NCBI RefSeq assembly: GCF_902713615.1
Contig: NC_052147.1
Span: forward strand, 125,060,435-125,124,434
DNA: 64,000 nt
Direction: 5' to 3'
Source: Scyliorhinus canicula
Lineage: Eukaryota
Shown here: positions 25,564 through 39,015 of the stretch, piece by piece
Layout of the letters: each line of letters starts with the position of its first letter
Numbering within the stretch: position 1 is the first letter of the stretch
Position numbers and translations under genes: made by a program
The notes under the pieces: generated by a model
Databases searched by the model: none
Seen by the model: the letters and a program-made list of their open reading frames with translations, nothing else
What the model was told of the DNA's origin: nothing

Positions 25564-26220
25564 GGGCGGGATTCTCTGACCCCCTGCCGTGTCAAGAATT
25601 CTCCGCCCCCTGAGATTCGGCGGGGGCGCGCCAGTCGGCGGGCCCCCTGCGGTGATTCTCCGGCCCGTGATGGGCCGAAGTCCCACCGCTGACAGGCCTC
25701 TCCCGCCGGCGGGAATCAAAACGGGCAGGCTCCAGGGTCCTGGGGGGGGGGTGGGGGGGGGGGGGGGGGGGGGGCGCGGGGCGATCTGACCCCGGGGGGT
25801 GCCCCTACGGTTGCCTGGCCCGCGATCGGGGCCCACTGATTGGCGGGTGGGCCTGTGCCGTGGGGGCACTCTTTTCCTTCCACCTCCGTCATAGTCTTCA
25901 CCATGGCGGAGGCGGAAGAGACCCCCTCCCCTGCGCATGGGCCGGTATGACGTCAGCAGCCGCTGACGCTCCAGCGCACGCGCGGACTTACGCCTGCCGG
26001 TGAATTCCTTTCGGCCCCAGCTGGCGTGGTGCCAAAGGCCGTTCACGCCAGCCGGCGGAGTGGGAACCACTCAGGCGCGGGCCTAGCCCCTCAATATGAG
26101 GGCTTGGCCCCTAAAGGTGCAGAATGTCCGCACCTTTGGGGCGGCCCGACGCCGGAATGGTTCACGCCACTCCGACATGTTGGGACCCCCCACCCCATGA
26201 GGTAGGGGAGAATCCCGGCC
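25564..26220. mobile_element. GC-rich Harbinger-type MITE with poly-G tract
   Basis: TIR GGGCGGGATTCTC / GAGAATCCCGGCC; TSD CTG. Confidence 0.88.
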
Positions 26221-26556
26221 CTGGTTTACTTTTAAAGGGACCCGTATTTCTGACATTGTCACTGTGTATCAATATATGTAGCTTCCAGTACATGTGAATG
26301 CACCACGCTGTGAGCCTGACTGACATTATCAGCATAATTCTTAGCATACTTGAGGATTATTTAGCAAATGATGTCTGATTACGGAATCACATCTCATGTT
26401 GATAACTGTACTTTGAGTTTTGCAAGCGCAGGCTGTTGGGTACGCTCTGTACTTTGCCAAATGGCTGCAGGGGCATGCTGTTTGATATGATCCACCAGTC
26501 TTTGGGACCTACTGCCTACATACTGAGCATCACAAAGTCACTGAAATCCATATCCA

Positions 26557-26735
26557 GGGGCTGGTTTAGCACAGGGCTAAAAAGCTGGCTTTTAAAGCAG
26601 ACCAAGGCAGGCCAGCAGCACGGTTCAATTCCCATATCAACTTCCCTGAACAGGCGCCGGAATGTGGCGACTCGGGGCCTTTCACAGTAATTTTATTTGA
26701 AGCCTGCTTGTGACAATAAGCGATTTTCATTTCAT
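26557..26735 (+). mobile_element. tRNA-derived SINE, second family
   Basis: GGGGCTGGTTTAGCAC...CGGTTCAATTCC...tail TTTCATTTCAT; reverse copy at 38870-39015. Confidence 0.8.
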
Positions 26736-27010
26736 ATCCCACATTGCTCATTTGTGTGGTAGGTAGAAGATCTTTTTTCCTTGATGGCAGCATCCTGTTA
26801 GCTGTGAGTACCACCCGTCTTGTTGCACAGTAGCAATATGAAACCAGGTGTTCAAACTTTTGAGACACTTTACCCTTCCAATGTAACCTGAGGTAGAATA
26901 GGCACTTTTCAGAGCTGAAAGTGATGGCCTGAGGCCTGTTCATGAGTTTGTGTGATATATAGCACAAAATGATCTGATCAGGGTGGCCATTATCCCGTAG
27001 GATGTCTTTG
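26736..27010 (-). mobile_element. Penelope-like ORF fragment
   Basis: DILRDNGHPDQII...YLRLHWKGKVSQKFE...LPTTQMSNVGYE, typical of the RT to GIY-YIG linker. Confidence 0.65.
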
Positions 27011-27611
27011 TTGTGCAACATCAAGATTGCACGGCAAACAATTCGCTCAGGCCCGATTTCCAAGGTTGCTAATAAATGCGTGGATTTTTTAAGAATCCCA
27101 ACGCGTGTATTGATCAGTGAAAGTCAGCTTGCAGTGGCTCTGGTAGTAATTAAATAAAGAATAGTAAATAATTAGCCTAAATTCATGTTGTGATCGTGAT
27201 TTCTGTGCAGATTCCATCCATGAAGACAATGGACCTGGGGCTGGTTTAATGAGCCAAGTGGGAATCCTGCATTCCTAATTTACAGCAGCATAAATGGTCA
27301 AGGAAATTCACACGGAAATATTTCAGAAGGCGAAAACCAGTTAGGTACAAATTTTATAGAATTTCTAAGAGTTTCAGGAGTAGCTCATTTGGGTCAACTG
27401 ATCTTTACCAGCATTTAAATGCTTAACATAATTTCAGTCCACCTTTGTCTCTAACCCTTTCAATATATTCTTCTAATCCCTTCTCCCTTCAATGCATCTA
27501 TATCGTTTACCTCAACTATTCCAAATTATTATCACACTTTCGGTGTTTTTCCTGAATCCTGGAGAAAAGAGCCCCAGCCTGTTTAAATTTTCCTATCACA
27601 TATATCTCTTC

Positions 27612-27818
27612 ATAGCGGCACGGTGGTGCAGTGGTTAGCACTGCTGGTTATGACGCGGAGGACCCGGGTTTGATCCCGGCCTTGGGTCACTGACTGTGTG
27701 GAGTTTGAATGTTCTCCCTGTGTCTACATGGGTCTCACCCCCATAACCCAAAGATGTGCAGTTTCGGTGGATTAGCCACGCAAAATTGCTACTTTTTTGG
27801 AAAAAAATAATTTATTTT
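27612..27818 (+). mobile_element. HE1/V-SINE-like SINE
   Basis: GCGGCACGGTGGTGCAGTGGTTAGC...GTGTGGAGTTTG. Confidence 0.85.
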
Positions 27819-27827
27819 AACAAGTAT

Positions 27828-28200
27828 GGGAGGGATTCTCCATAGACTGAAGCCGAAATAAAGAATGGCAATCAGGCGGAGAATCGCTCCCAACAGTGAA
27901 ATCGGGGCAGACGCCGGTTTGACGGAGGTTCACGATTCTCCGCCCCTTCCAAATCGGCGTCATTGGGACGCGCGCCGTGCACAGTTGCAACCACGTCGGA
28001 GCACCATCGGCCAGCCTATCCACGATGCTTCACCTCCATCGAGTTCCCGATGGTGTGGGCCACATGTAGTCCCAGTGGTCGGAGCCTGGCGTGTCGGCTG
28101 TGGACAGTGTCAAGCGCTGCCACACTCGGCCGAGATCCGTGCCGCTGAAAGGGGGGGGCTTCTGCTAGGGCTATGGGAAGTAGTGGAGAATAGCCAGGAG
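27828..28200. mobile_element. Harbinger-type MITE fragment
   Basis: GGGAGGGATTCTCC start; internal GGAGAATCGC and GATTCTCC motifs. Confidence 0.6.
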
Positions 28201-28229
28201 TTTGGCTGTGGGGTCAGGTTGTACACCTT

Positions 28230-29170
28230 CTTTACTGTCATGTGCTTTTATAATATGGATACCAGAACTGCTCATGGTCGTCCAGGTTTGGTCTAGCTAA
28301 GATTAATGTTTAACATAACTTCTCCACCTTTCAATTCTATCCTTCAGAAATAGGGTGGCACAGTCATTAGCACTGCTGCCTCACAGCGCCAGGGACCCAG
28401 GTTCAATTCCAGCCTTGGGTGATTGTGTGGAATTTGCGCTTTCTCCCCGTGTCTGCATGGGTTTCCTCCGGTGCTCCGGTTTCCTCCTATAGTCCAAAGA
28501 TGTGCAGGTTAGATGGATTGGCCATGGTAAATTGCTCCTTAGTGTCCAAAAATGTGTAGGTTAGGTGGGGAGGCTGGGATAGTGTGGAGAGTGGGCTAAG
28601 GTAGGGTGCTCTTTCAGAGGGTTCATGCCACTCGATGGGCCAAATGGTCTCCTTCTGCACAGTAGGACATCAAAATAAACCTGTGCTCGGTTTGCATTTT
28701 CCGCCTTATTAATCTATGTCACTAATTTTAGTAATTTTTGCATCTGTTCCTTAAACCACCCTTGCTCCGCTTGAAATTAATTTACTAATTACAAACTCAT
28801 TTTGCAAGTTTATTAATGTCTTATATTTTTTCAAATTCCTCTTTCAGTATCAACCAATGCAGCTTAATTTGGTGTCAACTGAAAATTTAGAAATTATATT
28901 TCCTATCCCTGAGTCCAAATTGTTTCTGTAAATTGTGAATAGCAGTGAACAAAGCAGCGATGCTTGTGGAACCATTTTCCATCTTTTACCAGTTGCTACC
29001 TTTAATCTCTGCTCTCGGCTTCCTGTTCTCCAGTCAATCTGTTCCGCTACCTGTTTCCCTGATTCCACATGATCTGACCTTAATCTTTAATCCACTATAT
29101 GGTTCTATTAACCAATGTGTTTGCAAATCTAAATGCATTACATCTGCAACATTATCCCATATGACTAAGA
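28230..29170 (-). mobile_element. Old CR1 RT fragment, interrupted by a SINE
   Basis: VPQASLLCSLLFTIYRNNLD...ISKFSVDTKL. Confidence 0.7.
28352..28670 (+). mobile_element. HE1/V-SINE-like SINE
   Basis: GGTGGCACAGTC...GGTTCAATTCC...CR1-type tail. Confidence 0.85.
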
Positions 29171-29899
29171 AAATTTTAATTGCAGGTTTGTAAAAGAAAA
29201 TTAATATAATATAGAAATGCTGTTTTCAGATTTGCTAATCTCTTTCTTTTAATCCCATGTGTATTTCCCAAAGTTTATTTTGCTTCCTGTAGAAATGTGA
29301 GTGATATTTCTGATATTTTTACTTTGCTGTCTGCGAGGTAGATTGAGGATTCTTCGGATTGGTTGAGCAACTTCCCTGCTGCTTGCTCTGCTAATAGATA
29401 CCACAAATTCTCCGTGGACAGTGGAACATTCAAACAAATGTCAGATAACTGGAAGGTTCCTCTGGCAAGCCCACTAAATGTTTGAAAGCGAATTTACATC
29501 AAAGGCTGCTCCTCCACCGATGCCAGTAAAAACAGGCCATTAAAATAATTGTATCAAAAAATAAAACTTTCCTTCAAATTTTAGAATTTCACTATTACCA
29601 TATCCTTTCGTGAGGAAAGCAAACCTGTTGGCTAATTACGTCAGATCAATTTATCATTGTTTGGGGTTCAGATTGGTTCGGTTTTCTCCCATATTTATTC
29701 CACTATGGGCTCTCTCAGCTGACTGTTTTTCTGCCAAATTACCCTGTTTTAGCTCTCAAACGATTTTCCCCGAAGATCCAACAAATGTGTTGTTGCTTGG
29801 CCCTGTTTTCTTTTCCAGAGAGTCATTAGTGTGCCTGCTTGCTGGAATTTTTTTTATCAGGATGGCATATATGCTCAAATAGTCACAGTGGCTGAGAAC

Positions 29900-31330
29900 A
29901 TTCACAATGTGAGGCTTCCACTCCTCCCCTCGCCCTCAGTGTCCGTGTTCCTCAGCGACTGCTCCCTCTGTGACACCCTGGTCCACTCATCCTCCATCAT
30001 GCCCAACTACCCATCCCTCCCCAGGGCATCTTGATTGCAATCCAAGAAGGTGCAATTCCTGCCCCTTTATTTCCTCCCTCTTCATCGTTCTAGGCCCCAG
30101 ATACTCCTTTCAGGTTAAGCAGCGTTTCATTTGCACATCCTGCAATTTGGTTCATTGTATTTGCTGTTCCCAATGCGATCTCCTCTATATAGTGTTATGG
30201 ACCAGGATTTAGAGAACCCCAAAGTCTATCATGGAATTCACCTTACCTCAAACTTTTAATAGATTGTGGTATGGGGAGCACACGGCCCAATCTACAGGTG
30301 TGGTAAAGCAGAAATGGAAAAGTATTTTTTAAAGCAAAACAACATTTATTCTATGAACTCAAGTTAACCTTTTTAAAACATACAGTGAACATCTCAGCCA
30401 CCATTAATTCAAATATAACCCCCAAAGAATACAACACTAAGTAATAATTTAACTTCCCAAACAACATCCAGAAGACAAAAGAAACACCTTTCAACAGAAG
30501 CACGTTAGGTTTACATTCACTACTGAAAACATTTATCATTCTGAATTCACCAAATGATCAAGAGATAGTATTTTCAAGGCAGAAAGAGCAACAGTGCAGC
30601 TGCTCTGTCTGGCTTCAGCTCCCACACTGAAAACAAAACTAAAACACACCCTGCAGCAAACAACCTAAAACAAAAGTAAAAAGCTGACAGACAGCCCAGC
30701 TCCACCCACTCTCGGACATCACTGCAGTAATACACACCCATTTCTTAAAGGTACTCTCACTACAGATATTTATATGCACACCCATTTATAAACACCCATT
30801 TCTTAAAGGTACTCTCAGATGACAATAAGGCAGATTAAATGCAGACTGGTCAACTGCTTTGCGGAATACCTTTTCTCAAGTTTGCAAGCATGACCCCGAC
30901 CTTCCTGTTCCATGTTATTTTGATTCAGCACCTTGCTCTCATATTCACATGTCCTTTGTTGGCCTGCTGCAATGTTCCAATGAAGCCCAACGCAAGCTGG
31001 AGGAACAACACCCAGCACCTCATCTTCTGGTCTTCTGGTTAGGCAGGTTGTAGCCCTCGGGACTCAACATTGTGTTCTACAACTTTAGATGTTGACCTTT
31101 ATCCTCCATCTTAAACTCCCCTTTCTCACCCCCCTCCCCCGCCATTCCATGCACCCAGCCATCTGTGATTTGTTTTTAAAAGTAGCTATTTTTTGTTGAT
31201 GTTTCTTTTGCTCTAACATTCTCCCTCCTTTCAGTTCCGACAAAGGACCCATGACTCAAAATATTAATTCTGTTCCTCTCCTGATAAGTGCTGGCAGACC
31301 TGCCAAGCTTTTTCCAGCTTCCTCTGGTGT
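29900..31330 (+). mobile_element. Penelope-like GIY-YIG 3' remnant, split by a solo LTR
   Basis: CNPRRCNSCPFI...FICTSCNLVHCICCSQCDLLYI, resuming after 30824 as ...RKLEEQH...HL. Confidence 0.75.
30193..30824 (-). repeat. Solo LTR (~630 bp), ERV or gypsy type
   Basis: TGTTAT...ATGACA termini; imperfect 4-bp TSD ATAG/ATAA; minus-strand AATAAA at ~30345; internal duplication of ACACCCATTTCTTAAAGGTACTCTCA; interrupts the Penelope frame exactly. Confidence 0.75.
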
Positions 31331-32770
31331 TGAGGTTTTGGTGGAGGTTAATTGTATGTGAACTACTTTAACTGGTGCTGCTACCTTTCCTGCTGCCATA
31401 TCAGTAGTTCCTCCAATCAGGGCCAGCTGAGAACGGTTATGCTCCTGGTTAATAAATTAATTGACTCTCATAGTCTTGACTCTCACAAAACCCGACATCT
31501 GAACAGGATGAGGAAAATGATGGCTAATCTTTGTTCTGGTGCGAAATATTGACCATTGCCTTGCACCTCCGCACCTGGCCATCCCCACAACACACTTACT
31601 AAATTAGTGCCATTGGTGTTTTCCTTTCCCTCCAGTTTTACCTGTTCAGCCTGTCGGAATAAGCACTGATGCCGAGCTCAGCTTCTGTCCTTTGCACACT
31701 GGTTATAATTCCAGAACAGCTTTTCCGTGTTGCTTATGACTTTACTTTGTGCTGGAAAAAGTGGGTCATGGTGCCACAGAAGGGAAAACTTTGTGAAAGT
31801 GGAACAGCTTTTTCTACAGTGGCCCTATTTACATTAAGTGGCCATCGTGCAACTAATCTAATACTGAACCAGTTTGAAGTCTTTTCACTTTGGAAAGAAT
31901 ATTCTGAGGGACAGCATTAACTCCTGGTTTAACAATGATGCCACTGGGCCTTTGCCCTACACCCTTTTTCATTTCCTTTTGTGAGATGCACTCAATGAAA
32001 TAGTCATGCACCCTCACTTTTTGTAGATGTGGGATGTTAATTACGGTCAGTTCAATCGCATTAACTAATTATATTTCAATGGGTCCCTTTCCTCAGTTCC
32101 GCATTCTTCACCTTATTTGTTGCTTTACCAGTAAAACTTTCTTTTCTTATATTTGGCAATGTCCGCAATCTCTGGCAACTCTTAGAGCTAGCCCACCTCC
32201 TGACCTTTATTCCCATTCACTTTCTCCCAGCCCTGTCTCACAAATTCCAATCATATCCCTTGAAACATTTACACTGTCGCTTCCAATAGGGTTTCAGCTT
32301 CATCTCCCTATGACCACACCCCCAACACACTCAAGAGTTTCACAGGACTCCAAGATCTTTTATTACCTTTTCCTTCATGGTCATATTTCTGGTCAGGAGT
32401 CTTTTTCCCCGAGAAATATGATTATTTCGGTACCCCAGATGCTCCCTCTGGCCTCCTACCCTATTTCCAATTTTCATGAATGGAGAACTGCTGACATGAT
32501 GCCAACCATTGAAGCCTTGCACTCTCCTCACCCACTCAAATCTTGATCCAAGTGTCTGCCCTCTGTTTCTGGAATGGCTTTTTCCACTATTCCACCATCT
32601 TATCACCTGCTTTCCTACCCATGGCACCTTCTTGTGTAAGTACAGGAAATTCAAGATATACCTATTTATCTCCTCCCACCTGACTTGGCACGCAAGTCAA
32701 AATGTAACTTTCTTTCATTCAACTTGGTATCATGTGTTCACTGCTCATCTTCTACACTGGAGATGGCAAA

Positions 32771-33512
32771 TGGAGATTCTCCGACTCCCCGCCGGGTCAG
32801 AGATCGCCGGGGGTCGGCGTGAATCCCGCACCCGCCGTCCTCCGAAATCTCCGGGCCTCCAAAAGTCGGCGAGGCGTGAATCGCGCCGCCCGCCTCAGAG
32901 AATGGCGGGGACCGGCGCGACTCAATGGGCCCTGGGGCTGACCGAATTCTCCGGCACGCGATGGGCCGAAGTCCCGCTGGTGTTTTGCCGGTCCTGCTGC
33001 CGTGGATCAAACCAGGTCCTTACCGGCGGGACCTGGCGGCGTGGGCGGGCTCCGGGGTCCTGGGGGGGGGGGGGGGGGGGGGGGGGGCGCGGGGCGATCT
33101 AGCCCCGGGGGTGCCCCCACAATGGTCTGGCCCCCAATCGGGGCCCACCGATCCGCGTCGCACCTGTGCCGTGGGGGCACTCTTTTCCTACGCGTCGGCC
33201 ATGTCAGCCTCCGCGATGGCTGACGCGTAGGTGACCCCCCTGCGCATGCACGGGGATGACATCAGCAGCCGCTGACGCTCCCGCACATGCGCACAGACTC
33301 GTGCCGGCTGACCGAGTCTCTTCGGCCCCGGCTGGCGTGGCGCCAAAGGCCTTCCATGCCAGCCGGCGGGACGCAAACCACTCCGGCGCTGGCCTAGCCC
33401 CGGAAGGTGCGGAGGATTCCGCACCTTTGGGGCGGGCCGACGCCTGAGTGGTTTACGCCACTCTGTCCCGCCGGGACCCCCCACCCCGCCGGCGTATAGG
33501 AGAATCCCGCCT
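32771..33512. mobile_element. GC-rich Harbinger-type MITE, same family as 25564-26220
   Basis: GATTCTCCG...GGAGAATCCCGCC termini; poly-G tract; sits in a Penelope-like remnant (~32060-33900). Confidence 0.82.
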
Positions 33513-35219
33513 AGGTGCCCACAAGCTGAACAACTCCATTCTGTCCACAAATGTTCCCACTCTGATTTATCGTTCTTCATACACGGATGCAGCAAAGATC
33601 AAGGCAGTCATGGGGAATATCGCCTTATCTTTCCATTAGACACTTTGCAACACTCTGTCCCACTGTCTCTTCAGCGGGAAGTGCTGTTGATTTAAGTTGG
33701 ATGTGCTTGTATTTTTTTAAGAGCTGTGGGGTCAATGGGTTCATACTTGAGATGGAGAATTCTCATTTTGAGTATGCCTGTTGTGCACTTTTCCCCTCTC
33801 CCCTCACTTCCACATTTTACAATATTGCTCAGCGTATCTTACCTGCTCTGATTCCCGCAGACATGCTGAATCAGCTGCTGAGACTTCCCCGCTCTTTTGG
33901 TTTCGGTCACTATTAATTGGCATCTTCTCACTGTGAATTTGCATAATGATGCCCAAAAAGCTCACTCACATGACATCTGTCGTTTGACAAAAATGTTCAT
34001 TGATGCTGTGGAGCCATAAACTTCATCATGCAATTCTCTAGCTGTATTTTGTATTAATTACTCAGAGAGATTTTTTTTCTCATTGTCCCTGTCCACTTTA
34101 CTCTCAGAGCAAGGCTAATCCCAGCTACTGTCTACTTCCAGTAGCTGGGATTCCTCAATGTCACTGATAGGAAACTGGAACATCTGAATGGAGAGCAGCG
34201 GTAACTGCAACTAATTCCTGCTAACAATAAGCACTCATGACCTTTACATGCACATACTCCATGCTTTTGATAAAATAGAATAGGCTAACTGGCTATAACT
34301 CGTTAGGACATGTAAATTTAGTTGAGTTGTGGTGACAATTAATTAAATTAATGATTGGGATTACTTCGCAAAAGTCTTCTGCTTGTGTCAGTGACGTTTT
34401 GTTCAAGGTTTCAATTGTGATTAAGTATAATCCTGTTTTTCCACTGAATTGGTTTTGAATAAATCATTATTAAATAGAATTTGACAATAGTTTTAATTGG
34501 TAAAGTGACTTATGGAAATTGGCAGGCATATGGAGGATGCAATTTAACACAGGAAAGTGTTCAGTGATGCATTTTGGAAGGAAATGTGATCCATTTCTAA
34601 AGGGGATGCTGGAATAAAGAGATCTGGGTAGACAGATCTTTGAAGATGCATGATGCTAAAAATTAAAACAGGACCATTGGCTTTATAAGCAGAATGTTAT
34701 GCCCAGTGAAGGCATGTCCTATTCATAACTTGAAGCATGGACTGTGCTCCTGTGGAATCTTCTGGAACTGTCTTTTAAAATATATTTTAAAATACATTCC
34801 TGGTTGAGATGACTGCACAGAGTCAGGTGGCCTTTGCTTAATCAGGAACAACTCTCTCAAGTTCCTGTCAGGTTTTAATTGAATCAGTAGTGAAGGGCGG
34901 GAGGGGGGGGAGGTAGTGGTACAGTTGTGGGGTTTACATTTGCTATTGTCTATGACTTCTCCAAACCGTAAAATCAATAAACTTCTAAACTTCTTATCTA
35001 CAAGATCAATGCTTCACAAAAGTAACCTGAAGAGTCCAGTTATCCGCAAAATAAATGTGAAAGACTAGTGTCTATATTCTATTTTGTAACGATGCCTTTG
35101 GACTCCCAAAGGAAATTGTTAGACAATTTCAATACTGGGCATATAATTCAAACTGGCTGGAGATACTGAGCTTTCATTTAAAGACCCAGGAAAGATCTGG
35201 CAGCCTGCAGAGAAGCCAA

Positions 35220-35375
35220 TGGCTGGAGTTCTCTAGCAGTTGGGATTCTCTTTTCCTGTCAGAAGCACACCCCCGGTCATGGGTTTTCCAGGGGTGTAGG
35301 GTGGCTTCAATGGGAAATCCCATTGACACGCGGTGGGAGTGGAGAATCCCGCCACCAACGGAAAGAAATTTGACC
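35220..35375. mobile_element. Short Harbinger-type MITE
   Basis: Similar to 15586-15755 (AATGGGAAATCCCATTGAC core, GGAGAATCCCGCC). Confidence 0.6.
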
Positions 35376-35475
35376 TTCTTCAGGATCTCCCGTCCTGAAA
35401 ACCACAAGTGCATGGCTTCACAATCTTCTGACATTTGTCTCTTTGATGGAATCCTGCAACAAAATGGAGATCTGC

Positions 35476-36199
35476 AGCGGGATTCTCCAACCCCCCCGCC
35501 GGGTCGGAGAATCCTCGGGGGGTGCCGCGAATCCCTCCCCGCAACCCCAATGCCGGCTGCCGTATTCTCCAGCGCTGGTTTTCAGGCAGGGACGGGGACA
35601 ACGCCACGTGGTCAGGAGCCGTTGGCAGCGCCCCACCCCCCCGGCAATTCTCCAGGCCCCGATGGGCTGAGCGGCCGTCCGTTTTTGGCTAGTCCCACCG
35701 GCGTGAATCACTCAGCTCACGTACCGACGGGACCTGGCATGTAAGTCGGCTGGTGCGGTCCTTAGGGGGGAGGGGGTGGGGCGGTTAGGGTTAGGTGCGC
35801 GGGGGGATCCGGGGGAGGGGGGGGTGGCACGGTGGCCTGGCCCGCAATCGGGGCTCACCGATCTGCGGGCGGGCCTGTGCCATGGGGATACTCCTTCCTT
35901 CCACGCCGGCCCCAGTAGGGCTCCACCATGGCCGGCGTGGAGAAGAGAACCCCCCGTGCATGCGGCAAAACACGCCGGCGGTTCCGCACATGCGTGAGAT
36001 CACGCCGGCCCTTTGGCGCATAGGCGATCTCGCACAGTCCCTTCGCCGCTGGTTGGAGTGGCAGCAACCCCTCCGCTATCCACCTAGCCCCCGGATGTGT
36101 GGAGAATTCCCACTTTCGGGGGCAGTTGACACTGGAGCGGTTCGCGTCGGTTTTCCCGCCGGCATGGGGACTTCGTCCCAGGACAGGAGAACCCCGCCC
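35476..36199. mobile_element. GC-rich Harbinger-type MITE
   Basis: GCGGGATTCTCC ... GGAGAACCCCGCCC termini. Confidence 0.75.
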
Positions 36200-36249
36200 C
36201 ATTTCAGCTCCTTGAACTCATCTGAACCCCATCTGAATTACAAACTAAG

Positions 36250-36485
36250 ACCAGAGTTTTCAGCCATTCCCACCGGCGGGATATTCCGGTTTAGCTGACA
36301 GCCAACTCCCTCCGTGGGTTTCCCAGGGGTGGGGGGTGGGTGGGGGGGCGGGTGGGCGGCAGGGGGCTGCATTGAATGGGAAACCCTGTTGTTAGTGGCG
36401 GGACCAGAATATCCCACCACCAGCCAATGGCAGACTGCCTTTGCTGCCAGGAAACATGCGGCGGAAGGTGTGTCGAATCCTGCCC
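36250..36485. mobile_element. Short Harbinger-type MITE
   Basis: AATGGGAAACCC core; ends GAATCCTGCCC. Confidence 0.55.
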
Positions 36486-37419
36486 TAAGAGTGGGAAAGG
36501 ATTCCTTTCTCTACCGGGCCGACAATAACTGATCTACAACTAGCCAAACATGTGAACTGTGAACTACTTATTTAGTTTAACATTGTTTAAAATGCACTAA
36601 CTTCTTTAATTGCAACTTTCTTGAGTGTGTGGCGTATAATTGGCGTTTCATAGACTCAGGGTGAGTGTGTGAATTATTAATCTTTATTTCTAAACCTATG
36701 AAAGTCTGCAAGTCCTTTAATTTGACAGCGCATTAAAGGAGGCTTAGAAACACACATAACTAGCTTTCCAAAATTAGCACTGATTGCGGATGATAAAGGA
36801 GGAAATTACGGGTTTCAGTTTATCCCTCTTTCCCTGTCCATAACAGAAAACATAGTATACAAAAGCAAGGAAGTTTCCCAAGAAACTTTAGAAATCATTG
36901 GTTAGGCCTCAGCTGGTATATTCTGGCTGATTCTGAGATCCAAACTTTAGGAAGGTTGTGAAGACATTTAGAGATAGTACAGAGGTGATTTACTGAAATT
37001 GTACTATAGATGATAATATCAGCATGTGGAGAGACTACAGAGATTGAGTTGTTCTACTTAGTGTAGAGAAGATTAAAAATAATTTTTGCATACGTATTCA
37101 AAATAACGAAGGGTCTGATGAGGGATTGGTAACTGAGGACACAGTTTTTAAGATATTTCACGAAAGAAACAGGTGAGCTGAAGAGTATTTTTGAAAATAA
37201 ATGAAGTGTTTATATTTGGAATGGACTGTCTGATAGGGTGATGCAAGTGGATTAAATAATAACATTCAAAAGAGTATTCCCTAGACACTTGAAGGGGGAA
37301 ATTTGCAAGGCTGTAGGGAAAGGAATTAACCAATGTGCTCTTTCCAAGAGCCAGCATAGGCACAGTGGGATGAATGTGCAGCCTCTTTCGACAATCATTC
37401 AATAATTCTATGATAACAA

Positions 37420-37864
37420 GGGCAGCATGGTAACGCAGCGGTTAGCACTGGGACTGCGGCACTGCGGACCCGGGTTCCAATTCCGGCCCTGGGTCACTGT
37501 CCGTGTGGAATTTGCACATTCTCCCCGTGTCTGCTTGGGTTTCACCCCCAAACCCAAAAAGAGGTGCAGGTTAGGTGGATTTGCCACGCTAAATTGCCCC
37601 TTATTTTTATTAATTTTTAATTCTTTTTTCCAATTAAGGGGCAATTTAGCATGGCCAATCCACCCACCCTGCACATCTTTTGGGTTGTGGGGGCCAAACC
37701 CATGCAAACACGGGGAGAATGTGCAAACTCCACACGGACAGTGACCCAGAGCCGGGATCGAACCTGGGACCTCGCCGCTGTGAGGCAGCAGGGTAACCCA
37801 CTGCGCCACCAAATTGACCCTTAATTAGAATAAAAAATAATTGGGTACTCTAAATTTTAAAATA
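37420..37864. mobile_element. SINE (+) with an antisense SINE of the same family inserted in its tail
   Basis: Outer TSD AATAATTCTATGATAAC; inner copy ~37604-37810 flanked by AAATTGCCCCTTA / AAATTGACCCTTA. Confidence 0.88.
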
Positions 37865-38869
37865 AATAATTCTATGATAACCAATCTGAAAAAGTGTGAA
37901 CACCATTTTTGTCAAATAGGACATCTCTAGTCAATAAATGAGACATTTTTAGCACCATTGTGATTTGAGCCCAATTGTGTCAGATGCTGCTTTGATGAAT
38001 CCACTGTTACACATTCTGCACATGGCCAGTTTCCCCAGTGTACTTATTACTGCAGAAGTCTTCATTTGCCTTGGGTATTGTAAGAGAATTTGGAAATGCA
38101 TGGTCAAGAAAGTTAGATCACACATGGAAAATTGCAAGCCCGTGTTTTAAGTTATTTATCAATGTGAACTCAATGGGTGAATGTTTAAAGAATGTGAGAT
38201 ATGAGTAAGGATGTCAACGGAATATCAATTATGTCCGTTAAACACTGCAACTGTGCACATTTCATTTATTCATTTTTAAGAATCGTTCATTAAAAATATG
38301 CTTGAATATTAAGCAGATCTATATTGGTAATCATTCTTTTAGTTTCGATATTTGTTCAGAACCTTTGCTCAAGCGAACTGAAAAAGGAATTGTTAATTGT
38401 CCATCTAATTGGGTCAAGTTTAAGAACTTAACATTTTGTCTCCCAAACATGAGAGTATGCTCTGCAAAACTACACATTGAAGTAAATTAGTTTTATGCAT
38501 CTTAACAATAGTTTCCACTGACCATAAACCAAGGAATATTTTGGCTTTATTATATGAAGAGAAAAATGGGCTGAAGCAGCATATGTGCTTTAGCCAAATA
38601 GTCCACTAATAGTTTTCAAATCAAAACGCAAATTCAAGAGAAAGTTAAGAGTGAAAAATAGTCACCTCTGAAGTAATGACAATACAGTTGTGAACTGGAG
38701 CTCTGTTCCAGATTACATTTTTCTTGATGGTGAAATGGGTTGACCTACTTGGAACTAGGCACCGTGCTGTTTCTGTTTTTGGAAGCAAGGAAATTTGGTT
38801 TCATAAATTCTGGCTCAGTCTCCTGTGGTTAAGTGGATTTCTTTCAGTATTCAGTAACAACACATAATA

Positions 38870-39015
38870 TGAAAATGAAATGAAAATCGCTTATTGTCAC
38901 AAGTAGGCTTCAAATGAAGTTACTGTGAAAAGCCCCTAGTCGCCACATTCCGGCGCCTGTTCGGGGAGGCTGGTATGGGAATTGAACCGTGCTGCTGGCC
39001 TGCCTTGGTCTGCTT
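38870..39015 (-). mobile_element. tRNA-derived SINE, second family, 5'-truncated
   Basis: Reverse complement of 26557-26735. Confidence 0.8.

Larger units (their letters stand above)
34695..36845. repeat. Probable solo LTR (~1 kb net) carrying three nested MITEs
   Basis: Inverted termini TGTTATG...CATAACA interrupt the CR1 precisely. TSD imperfect (AGAA/GAAA). Confidence 0.55.
34500..37400 (+). mobile_element. Old CR1 3' fragment split by a large insertion
   Basis: CR1-like ATGCAATTTAAC...GGCTTTATAAGCAGAA resumes at 36846 as ...CATAGTATACAAAAGCAAGGAAG...GTTAGGCCTCAGCTGG. Confidence 0.7.

Noticed and set aside
37420-37495. tRNA genes at SINE heads
   Set aside because: The A/B-box heads continue into SINE bodies with TSDs and do not form complete cloverleaves.
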